The position numbers and the translations under genes are program-made. Under the pieces are notes generated by a model, which ran no database searches, was not told the DNA's origin, and saw only the letters and a program-made list of their open reading frames with translations. 59,723 bases of DNA from NCBI GenBank assembly GCA_000934665.2, contig KZ538601.1, positions 1 through 59,723 on the forward strand, written 5' to 3'. Numbering within the stretch: position 1 is the first letter of the stretch; the number at the start of each line of letters is the position of its first letter. The stretch comes from Catajapyx aquilonaris. Its lineage: Eukaryota. Positions 13,960-25,500 of this stretch are shown in pieces.

Positions 13960-14261
13960 TAGTATCAAAGCCAGATAATTGCATTAGATGATTTTTGGAG
14001 AATCACTCATGAATGTCCTGGAAGATTAACCCCAGAGACGGCCTGAGGGCTGTGCATCGGTGCGACTGCACGCAATGAACAGTTGTAGGCTAAATAGGAT
14101 ATATGTTAGTATGTATCATACCATGACACTGATAGTCGAGTGAAATAAAATCATGCTATTTAGTATTTACCTTCTTAAAATGCCACTGAACTATTACATA
14201 CACGTACAAAAAAAGGTGGGGGGGGGGGGGGGCGAAATTTTCCCTGGGGCGAAATTTGTTG

Positions 14262-14459
14262 NNNNNNNNNNNNNNNNNNNNNNNNNNNNNNNNNNNNNNN
14301 NNNNNNNNNNNNNNNNNNNNNNNNNNNNNNNNNNNNNNNNNNNNNNNNNNNNNNNNNNNNNNNNNNNNNNNNNNNNNNNNNNNNNNNNNNNNNNNNNNNN
14401 NNNNNNNNNNNNNNNNNNNNNNNNNNNNNNNNNNNNNNNNNNNNNNNNNNNNNNNNNNN
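14262..14459. other. Assembly gap (198 N)
   Basis: Run of N flanked by G-rich sequence. Confidence 1.
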
Positions 14460-14595
14460 GGGGGCACATTTTGCAATAACTCACATTTTCATTAACACAT
14501 GCATTAATACCTACTTGATTAGGTGTTCTTCCATTTACATTGTTATTTATTATTCAATAAAATAACAGCTGGAAATTTATGAGACCTCATCGTCA

Positions 14596-14817
14596 CACCT
14601 TATAAATGATGACATTTCTCCACCTTCTGCTTCCATATTTTAACAGCTCTTCGAACTCGATGAAATCTTTCGTTGAGCATAACAACTTTCACAATGCAGA
14701 CTCTGCCTCACCTTATAAATGATGACATTTCTCCACCTTCTGCTTCCATATTTTAACAGCTCTTCGAACTCGATGATTTCGTTGAGCATAACAACTTGCA
14801 CAATGCACAGACTCTGC
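14596..14817. repeat. Two-copy tandem duplication, unit ~113 bp
   Basis: CACCTTATAAATGATGACATTTCTCCACC...CAGACTCTGC starts at 14596 and again at 14709, with small indels. Confidence 0.9.
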
Positions 14818-15587
14818 TTTACCATATATGCTGCACTGAAGCACCGAGAAGTGTAGAGTGAGAGTGTCAGTTGCAAAGAATGGCTTGCTTCTACAAAATG
14901 GAGCACACCTGGCTCGAGTTTATCTGAACAATTTATCACAGCGTCCATACACTGCAGGAGAAGGAGGACATCGCAAACTTGACCTCGATGCACGTGCAAT
15001 ATTCAAAAATATCGCAATGTAAGTAACAGACCTGGCTTATTAGAGCAGCAAAGCCAACATTGGTTAGTATTCAAAGAAATTTTTTAATAGTCCTTAGTGT
15101 TGATTTATTGTGAGATCCACGTTGACTAATGCGAAATCATTCGAAATGTTCCCATCGTGTTTTCATGATACAGTTATAGTACCGGTACCTCAAAAAATTG
15201 GCAAGACACCTAATTTATTAAATAATTTTGTCTTGGTAATTAAGTTCTGAGTCGCGTCTTACTAAAAGATAATTCAAATGAAAGGCTACTCTTTTTAATA
15301 AATGAAAATCGTTTTGATATTACTAAGCAATACTGATTACAGAGACAGACTTTCATTGCATCTGGTTCTACCTGCTCAGTTGAGATCTCATTTGCATTCA
15401 AGTGTTCAACATGTACAGAGAAAAACTTTCAATGTGTTGGGAATACAGTATGTTCAATTATTTCATATAGCAATTATCACTGACTTTTAATTTGATAGTG
15501 AGTCGCCGTATGTCGTCTATTGCTCCACACCGAATTAAATGAGAAGTAATTGAATTCAAAGTCAAGATAGACATGTTACATCTTCAG

Positions 15588-18087
15588 ATGCCCAGCATGA
15601 GCGTGACTCCAAACGCGAAGCAAACTGTCCTTGCATGCCTCTGTGCTGGAATGATTGTGATATATTACTTTTATAACTTCAACGGTTTAATATCGATACC
15701 ACATGTTCACGGTGAGTTAACTGTAATAAATGTTCTGACAGAATGCATTCATGCCACTCGATTTTAATTCCAGAGATTAAAAATGCTAGTACTTCTGAAT
15801 TTGCCGTCGACACACCTGGTTGCAAAATACCTAACATTGACCCCTTCAACGAGGAAGTACTTAAGGCAGTATCACCCGAGAGTGTTAATTGTACGACGGA
15901 TAGCGAAGTAGACCTGCCTCACCTCGTGACTATGCAAAAAGATGTACTGCACATCAATTATGAAGTACTCAATAGCAATAATTCTCTAGGGGTGAATTGC
16001 TGTTATGAGCAAATTGTGCGCGTACAGCAGGATGTATTAAAGTATGACAAAGATGCCGACAATCAGTACAGGTGAGTATTCTTTAGTATATCATATATAG
16101 CATATCGTACAGTGCGACAGGTTTCTTTATTAAAAATTTACACCCTAATGGTCTGCTCACACAGGACTGCAGAAGTAACTTACCCTGAGGAATCGTAAAT
16201 GTATTGCACTAGCTCTTTCAGCAATCGTGACACAACTCAGATACCCGGTGAATTTTATATGGTGTAATGTAATTACGCTTTACTATTGCGATAGAAATAA
16301 CTTTGGGTGGGCAGCACAAAATTAAAGTAAACTAACCGATAATTAATAACAACTGCATTACGGTACTGTCGGATATGTTTACTGAGCGGTTTTGTGCCCT
16401 CTGACAACTACGACAACATCACTATACTTTCGCAGGACAGAAGGCAACTGTACTGAGTTCACCACAGGCGACAAAACACCACACGGTATCATAAGAGTGA
16501 GATGTCATTCAGAAGGGAGAGAAATATACAAAAACTTTTTTGCATATCCTCACGCGACCGAGAAGGTCACTAAGAAGATGGCCAACAAGAAAAAGGACAG
16601 GCCATTCAGTGTCCTCATGTTTGGACCAGACTCAGTGTCAAGGGCGTGTGCCAGAAGAATTCTTCCAGAATGCGTGGAATACATGCAAGAGAGAGGCGCC
16701 ATCGAGTTCAAGGGGTACACCAGAGTTGGGGAAAATACTCTGCCTAACTTTTCCGTTCTGTTCACAGGTATGGTAATGGACTGCAGCAGTAATATTCAAA
16801 CATTTTCCATTTTACAACCAGGAAATACACAATGCGAATATGTTGATTAATTTAATGTTGTACTTTCAAGGTTATTACGAAGAGCAGTTGTCAAATGTGT
16901 GTTGGCCAAAACAAGATGCCAAGTTTGACACCTGCCCTTTCATCTGGAAGGAATACAGTGACAAAGGATTTATCACGACTTATGCAGAAGACGAGACAAC
17001 AATAGGATCATTTAATTACCAGAAGACTGGTTTCGTTGAACAACCAACTGATTTCTACCTGAGGACAATGTTGACGGCATCAGAAAATGAATTAAAGCTC
17101 AAAACCATTCACTACATGTACGTGTGCCTGGGAGAGAGACTAGGAGCAGACATCGTCAATCGGTACGCACTGGATTTCGTACGTGACTTTCGTGATCATC
17201 CATACTTCTCCTTGTTCTGGACAAACTCAATTACGCACAACAGCGCCGACACCGCCTATGTCGCCCGTGCTCCTTACTACCGATTTTTAAGGGAACTGTT
17301 CGAAGGTGAAGGAATGTCCGATGCACTGGACAACACCATCGTGGTCTTCTTCAGCGACCATGGAACACGGTTTGGAAGTTTGCGTGAAACCACAAACGGT
17401 TGGATGGAAGAGAGCTTGCCCATGCTGTTCTGGTGGTTTCCTCCTCGGTTCCACCAGCAACACCCAGAGGCTGTGGAAAGTATGCGACAAAACGCAGAGA
17501 GACTCACCAGTCCCTTTGATGTGTACACGACTCTCAGGGCCATCCTCAACCAAGATTTCGACAGCACGTCCACCTCGTCCTTCACTACATTGGAAGAGAA
17601 TGCTGAAGACTCTTCTAACTCCACAGTCAAGAGGCCGGGCCACGGTCTCAATTTATTCAGACCCATATCGCCAAGTCGCACCTGCGAACAGGCAGGAATT
17701 TCCGAGGAATATTGCAGGTGTCACAACTTTGTCAAGGCAGACCCGTCCCAGAGAGAAGTGCAACTAGCTGTCAATATGACTCTGGAACATATCAACCACC
17801 TCATGTCACAAGAAGAAAAATGTGTCACACTTCTTATGAAGAACATCACTGATGCTAACAGCTATGGTCCGATGGTATTTGACGATAATAAAAACTCGTG
17901 GCTGTATCGGGTGACTTTTCAAGTGTCGCCAAGCGAAGCTATTTTTCAGTCAGAATGTGCTTATGTAAGCAAGAAACAGCACATGAAAGTAATCGGAGAC
18001 GTATCCCGATTGAATGCTTATCAAAATCAGAGTTGGTGTGTCACCAATACGAAATTAAAACTCTACTGTTTTTGTGAGGTTCAGTAA
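15588..18087 (+). CDS. DUF229-family protein, paralogue 4 (~656 aa)
   Basis: join(15588..15711,15774..16071,16436..16767,16871..18087). Anchor VLACLCAGMIVIYYFY; motifs PDSVSR, RVGENTLPN, THN, SDHG, YCFC. Start codon could be 15588 or a nearby in-frame ATG. Confidence 0.88.
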
Positions 18088-21000
18088 TATTATATAACAT
18101 AACTTTTTTTAAATACATGCAATTCTGATCCGCAGTGGTTGTGCACTGATTGTACATTATTTATTCAGACTGATCATAGGGCAAATACTTGTAATTTCGA
18201 TGTTCTCTTTGGAACACATACGTTAAATATAATGAAATAAATTATGACATATGTCATTTCATGTAATTACAGTCTTTTCTTTTTCCTCAGCCCATTCCGC
18301 ATTAACCTGCCGTACAGGTCCATGGATAAGGCATTTGCATAACATTTCGGTATACATTCTATTCCTTGCATTGTCATTATACATACCTTAACATGCTTGT
18401 GAATAGTAGTAATCTTCTGCCCAAGGAAATGAGTGGTTATAGGGTGCATGCACAGTCAATGGTCCAACTGCCTGTAACCAACTGAGCTACTCACCAGTTC
18501 TGTCTGACCTGTCAAAATGAAACCAAAATCCAGGAATTAGCTTGGACTGTCGTGCCATTTTACTTCAGACCACTGCAGATTTAGATTTCTGGGCGGAAAA
18601 TAGCATACACCATGACTAATAAACATAGAGTCTGTTTGTCATAGTCAGTAAGTCAGAAGCATGGCAGGGCTCTTCTGGAGGCCTAAATATTTCAGTTCAC
18701 ACGAATGTTAATAAATACGGGATTATTGGTGGGCTGTACATGGCCATTCTAGGTAGGTCAGCACCTCATTATCCTTCAATAATCCACACGAATGTGCCAG
18801 CATATAAGACAATTTACCTATGAGAGTGGCCTTATTTGGAGCACTTTGAACTTCTATAATGTTGACCACTTGAACTGTCAAGAAGGACAAAAATGTGGTG
18901 GGGGAATTATAATTGTGTCGTAAGAACAAGATTTCTGGCCAGACAAGCCATTATTTTAAATTATTAAGTACATTTTTGTAACCTGTATTCTATTACTTTA
19001 GTAATCTTGACACTCCTTCAGATATATTTACCCACAACAATTCATCTAAATGAGGTTAGGTGAGGGAACAGCATGTCACTAATTTTGAAATCATATAAAA
19101 ATATGCATATCATGTGTCATTGCTTAAATGTTCACACAATTGAGTTGTTCAATTCATCCACAAAAAATGAGGCATTGATACTTTCATATGCATCAAATAC
19201 GCTACCCAGATACTCCATGACATGGATCATGAGAAATCATCCTGTAATACATTCCCAATTCTCCCAAAATCATTATTTAAGTGTATCTTTGTCACCATAC
19301 CAGATAAGGTGTGCATCATAAGATATTTTAATATTATTTGTCTGTTCTTTCCATCTCTCAAAACAAACAAAAACACGACAAAATTGACTATGGAGATGAT
19401 GTCAAAACTCAAAAGGCAGTGCATTCATGTTGTTACCATGATCCTGGGTTCTTGTTGCTGTTGCTGTTACAATAATCATTATTTTGACAAGGTTGAAACG
19501 ATTTTATAATTTGTTGTTCAATTTGATAATGATAAAGCTAAATCTTCTAACACAAACATAGCACATCTTCCAAATTGCAATATTACAAGTATCATGCTAT
19601 GGCATCCAATTTCATGACACAGTAATACTGGACCAGGTTTGCAATGGTTGAATTTCATCTAAACAGAGCAACCTTTTCATTGAGGGTTCTCTCCATGTTT
19701 GTGTGGTTTTCTTGGTTTTCTCCTATTTCTTCCAACTCTCCAAAAACCATTCCTTTCTCCAGGGCACAGTGCCATCAGGTACCCAACTCATGAAATCAAA
19801 ACAAATCTTGAGTGCTTTTTTTGCTGCTGCTTCTGCTTGCAGCAATTTGTCACCTCTGTGAACGAGCACCCTGAGACTGCAATCAAGAAGAAAAAACCTG
19901 CTTGGCAATATTCCATCATCAGTTCAGTTTATTTCATCAACAGAATGGTGCAATCCCACTGATAAAGGTGTAGTACTGAAGATGACACATCACTTAATGA
20001 GTAATCAAAAACCTCCCGAGATTCTTGGTATAAACAGACTTGCCGGTAAGCAGTGCAAAATTTAATAATGAGGTCTGTAGCAGTGGCTGCCAACATGTTA
20101 TTGATTCATAATTATATTGCGTAAGTACAGTATGTTCCAGGACCTCAATTATGAAGCCACTCTAGGAAAAAAACACAAAAAAATGCATGCTGGAAGCAAT
20201 GACACTTCACCTTCAATAATGAAATTCAGCATCATATCGTATCTGTATCAAGGGAATTTATTCAGTAATTTGAATACTCTGTAACCTACCAGACTCCTTG
20301 CATAGAGCATATGCAAAATTTTAACAGATTCAAACACAACCATAACTTATGCATTGCTAATTATTGTATTCTATTACTTACTGTGATAAATTATTGCCAT
20401 TTTTCAGGAAATATGTATTGTGACATGAGTTGTATATGATATTGCTTCCAGTACAGTAACTGTACATTGACAGGAAAACAACTGAAAGATACGTCAAAGC
20501 AGAACTGAATTGTATTACTTTAAATGTGCTACAGTAAAATTCCACCTTGATGCAAGTTGGCAGCCTCCGCACCACCTAGGGGTTTCAAAAATTCTCCAAT
20601 TCCTTCCAAAATCCTTGTCCACAAAACTTTGAAATCCAACTGGTCCCTTTTCAAAACCATGATTTACACTTGATTACATAAGTGTGTACCTGGTATTTGA
20701 TAAAAATCTGTAACATGAAAGTTTGACATAATGGCAATTCAGTTTACCTATTAATGTTGTTTTGTCCAATTTACTCAGAACCAGATACATATGATTATCT
20801 AGGATATGTTGCAGTTTAGTAGCTGAAAGCCTTCCTTGATTATGCCACTTTATCCTAAAATCACAAATTCCAGGGCAAGACTCTACATTCATGCTAATTA
20901 TAGCATAAAATACCAAATTTGAAAGAATCTGAACATTTCCAATGCCCGCAGAAGTTTTCTATTGAGTAGGTGATATGAGACCAAATTCCAGTCAAGCAGC

Positions 21001-21169
21001 TACCAAATATAGTACAACCACAATGTGTGTTAAATTAAAGCAGCATTTAATGGATTCACTGCAAGAAAATTATAGATTGCTTATCAGCAAGAGGGAGGTG
21101 CAGTCACGTAATGGTGATATTAGCTAATGGTTGTGATCTTGGACTGGGAGCTAGATCAATCCATTAATA

Positions 21170-21320
21170 TCAAGAGAGACATTTCGGCACATAGTCATCC
21201 AGAGAATGTAACATTCTACTGATAGCTCCACGTGGTCTGTGACAATTGGTCCAAAAATGTTGCCACATCCATGATGTGTGATTGCCTTGATCAGACACAA
21301 TGTCTGGCGTAATTATGAAC
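21170..21320 (-). mobile_element. Possible decayed LTR-retrotransposon integrase fragment
   Basis: PDIVSDQGNHTSWMWQHF resembles the rve integrase core motif PxxIVSDQGxQFTSxxW. The match is short and degenerate. Confidence 0.3.
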
Positions 21321-22588
21321 CTCAGTCGCACAATCACAGACTGGTATATCACATCACTGATATATGAATACACTTTACAACTCCTTCCCTTCCACCGTAA
21401 GAAAATCACACAATTTGGAAATCAATGCTTTGTAAAAATATGGCTAACCTTAGTAAAGAAATTAAGTGTTTTGGATGCATGACCACAGATTACAGGTTTG
21501 TGACCTGCTTTATCCAAAAATGTGCAATTTTCAGATTTTTTTAAAAATCATTAGAAGGTAGCAAACCATAATGCAGCAGGTATATGACAAACTAATTTTT
21601 TGTAATCATATGTGCTTCAGCTACCTTGCATAATTTCATACTTAAAATCTGATGGTGATTTTTGATGGTATCCTGAATCGGTTTCACCAATAGCAACTGC
21701 ACTTTTACAGTTTGGCATCATGAAAGTGAGCACCCGCATAGTTACCCAGAGAAGGATGAACAGAGATCAGTGACATGGGATCTACTGTTCATAGCATTGT
21801 TCCTATGCCCACTGATGAATGTTGCATGAACAGGGAGATTGCAACAATATGTAGCCTACTCTTTTTAATACCAAGATTAAAACCACTGCTCTTTTTAGCA
21901 TATTATGATGTCATAAACTACTGTTACATTTTACACTCGTATGAAAGTTGATGGAAACTGGCAAGTACAAGATTGAATGCATGCAGATCTTTGAGTGTAA
22001 GGCCATTATTGAAAAACCATACTTGACCTTCAAAATGACTTTTTAAATCTCCCTTGACTCCCTCCCTAATTTCTCCCTAATTCATATTGTAAGGTGAATG
22101 TGGGAGGAACAGTATAAAGCCTGGCAAGTAAAAACTTCTACTCCTAGCATGAACTCAGGCAGGAACCATAAAATAAATACAAAGAACAGACTAAGCAGCA
22201 TTATTTGAATTAGTTTCATGAATATCCCAAATATTTAAAAACCAATAAGCCCTCTATATGCTACAATTCACTTAAATATGCACATCCTGAACAACCTGTT
22301 CAACTACTGCTGTTTCACAGTGTAATAAAATTGCCAATATATAACTCCATGAGGAGTCAAAAGTAATATATACGTTTCAGTATAATGTTAGCCATAAACC
22401 ATGATACATTATGAAGAAGTGCAAGTTTTTCAAGCAATACATAAAATCTTTCTCTACTACATAATGTTAGGCAATAAAATCAAAGTCAGTCTTTAAAAAG
22501 TCACATAGAACTACTTAAGAACTTAAAATAAGTCCCTATTTTCTACAAGGCACATACTTGCACTACAATTAAAGTGTCAGGATCTTGA

Positions 22589-25500
22589 TTACAATATCCT
22601 CTGCAAAAGTCCATTTGCAACATCCATAGTCTGGTCATCCACTAAAACAATGTCAAAGTTCTCCAGGAAGTCTGGGAGGCGCTCCTCAATCTGTAAAAGT
22701 ACAAATAATTAAAACAGGATATAATTTTATCAAGTACATGGCTACTTTGTCTGATGGCACTTTCTATAAAGGAAAGAGATACAACAGGAAGACCAGCAGC
22801 ATGTTTTTTGAATAAATAATGAGTAACTGCAGTGGATTTATCTTGATTAGCTACCAGTGAAGACTGCATAGTAGTGTTGTGAAACAACTAACCTCTAGGA
22901 ATGTGGTATGTGTCTGTGCAAAAAAAAAATATGTTGCAATAATTGCAGTGGATTGATTGGCCTTTTGATGGTGCAGCAGCAACTTTGGATGAAATGCACC
23001 AAAACCACAAAACAGTTGCAGTGGAACTGGGGCACATTATCTGGTTCCAAAAATATGCACCCAAGTGTCAGGTAAATGTTCAAAAAAAATGTGAGATGAT
23101 TACAAAGTTACTTGTTCAGTGACACCAATGTCATTCCAGAAAGTTCTTGCCAAATGTGCCTTTGGTAAAAATGCACCACATTCACTGGTTCATAATTGAA
23201 GCCATATCAGTGGAAAATAAGTATTGCTGTTTCCATATTTGGGGTGCATCTATCAACTATGCCCAGAAAATAACCCATTTCACTGGTTGAGTTCCCTTGA
23301 GACCCCTGGCTCTATGGCTTCAGTCTACATATCCAATTCTGCATAATTCTGACTGTGTGGTTTCATGCTTGAGTCTACTAATTTGATATGAACTTCCCAT
23401 CCCACCCCTACCAGCTCTGCTCCAATATTTTTTTTTTTTTACCACTCTAATTAATCATTTCAGCAATTGGCTATAGTACTGTACAAACCTGCTGCCTTCG
23501 AATTCCCACATAAAATACTTTAAGAGGGCCAGGTCATCTCGTTTCTGACACTTTTTCTGGCCGCTTCAGGAGAAAATCCGTCGTGCAGACTTGTCGTCAA
23601 CCTGCCCGTATGGGCGCGCTATCACAGATACGGACATACGGTCTTTTGCCTTGCGCAGCGGATGATCCAGAGCTGCTTCCGATCCTGCAACGGTTCGAAT
23701 CAAACAATAATTGATCGATCAGCAACATGAAGTTCAATAGAGAATCGGTGTCACAGGTGCTAGGCCGTGGATCCGTAGATTTAAATTCTGGCGACTGCGA
23801 GTAATAGCTCCACACTTTATCTCTTTGCAAACGCACTTTCAAGCCAATTGAACTGTTTTTGTGCCGATTACGTGAGAAGAGCTGAGACACTGTTAGCAGT
23901 CCAAGACTACAAAATATGAGTGGTGCCACGTGTGGCACAGCTCATATTTTGTAGTGCCAAAAGCTGTGCAAGGCAAAAGACCACATGTCCATATCTGTGA
24001 TAGTGCGCCCATACGGGCAGGTTGACGACAAGTCTGCACGGCGGATTTTCTCCTGAAGAGGCCAGAAAAAGTGCCGGGAACGAGATGACTCTGCCCTCTT
24101 CACGTGTAGAATCTTTTTGACAGCTGACTGTCTTACTTGTTCCCATTTCATGAGCATAATGGATGGATTGCAAAGTAAATAACTGCCTGCATGACCTGCA
24201 TGATGAGAGATTGGCATCTGTCTGTAAAACCATACAAATCACTTTTGAAATGCAACATTGGTGTTATGTCCTATCGAGTTCCAGAAGGCAATATTAGTGA
24301 TGTATCAATTAGAAGTAGCACATATTGACCAATAACAATGTCATGAAAATGTTAGTTGCATCCCATACATTTTTAGCCACACATTAAACCATCATGAGGC
24401 TGGGTCTGAGTTATGTCACAATTTAAACCCCAGCTCAGGACAAAAACTCAATATTCACAACAGTAGATAGGATTTTAAAAGCAACCTAACTCAGCCACTG
24501 TTTAAACTTTTCCTGTGCAATCCACCGAATATGACTATCCATCAAAATACTAAATCAGTTTATTATGTCACAGTTAAATATAGGTAATACCTTATCATTA
24601 AGAAATCCAATCTTGAGCACAACATTGGGGTTGGAAATAGCTCGAGCCATCTGCAAATCACCTAAACTGTCCCCCATTAAAATTATATTGTTACGATGAT
24701 TGAGTGAGTCAAAGTATTTGGAGTGGTGAATTGCATTTTCATTCTTGTTGTAGGTGTGAATCAAGTTGCCTCTAAATCCCACTAGATTTTCATCTGCATC
24801 AAAGTCCATGTAGTTTGATATGATATGTATGTTGTCCATGAGTAGATTATTCAAGCGAAGTATCTCTTCGAGAACATCGCCCACACCAGCTGAGAAGACT
24901 AAGACAGGAACCTGGGCAGACTGGAGTGTCTCAAGCATCGAATCTGCATGGTCTCTGAAATGTTCATTCAAACTGTAAAGTACTGAAGTGTGATTTGTAA
25001 TAACTAAAAGTACTGCAGTTATCACAAAAGAACTCAAACAACTAGTGTTACAATAAGGTACTTAAACCAGAGCAATTTGTGCAATGCTAGAAATAATGAG
25101 ACATGTTGATCCATAAATTTACTTGCCATATATAAGATTGTACAAATGCAAACGAATAACTTCTTGTTGGACTCTCATGAAACTATGGGCTCTATAATCC
25201 CAGTCTTTTGTTAGTATGCCAATGTCAATATTTTCGATATTCTATTAACGTTTTAATAGATTATAGTGCAGCTAGAGCCAGTGCAGAAAGGTAACATTGA
25301 TCATGCATGGCCTGTAGATATTACAGTATCTAATTTCAGCTTAGAAGATAGTACATTTCCCTTGTCAAATAAATGCAAACTTGGCAGACTACATTGCAAC
25401 ATCCTTTAAAATGCGGCAATGAGGAACAGCTGGAATTGTGCCCAGGTTGGGGAAGGTCATTTTATCATATTACGCACACTTCACATTGACAAGGTTAAAT

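Noticed and set aside
14153..14495. ORFs containing poly-X
   Set aside because: Artefacts of the N gap.
14820..15030. Possible hAT transposase dimerisation-domain relic (KEWLAST..MEH, KLDLDA)
   Set aside because: Too degenerate to support without a profile search.
19680..19850. Possible RTE-LINE C-terminal relic on - (KKAL..SWVPDG...TWR)
   Set aside because: Only a few scattered residues match across frames.
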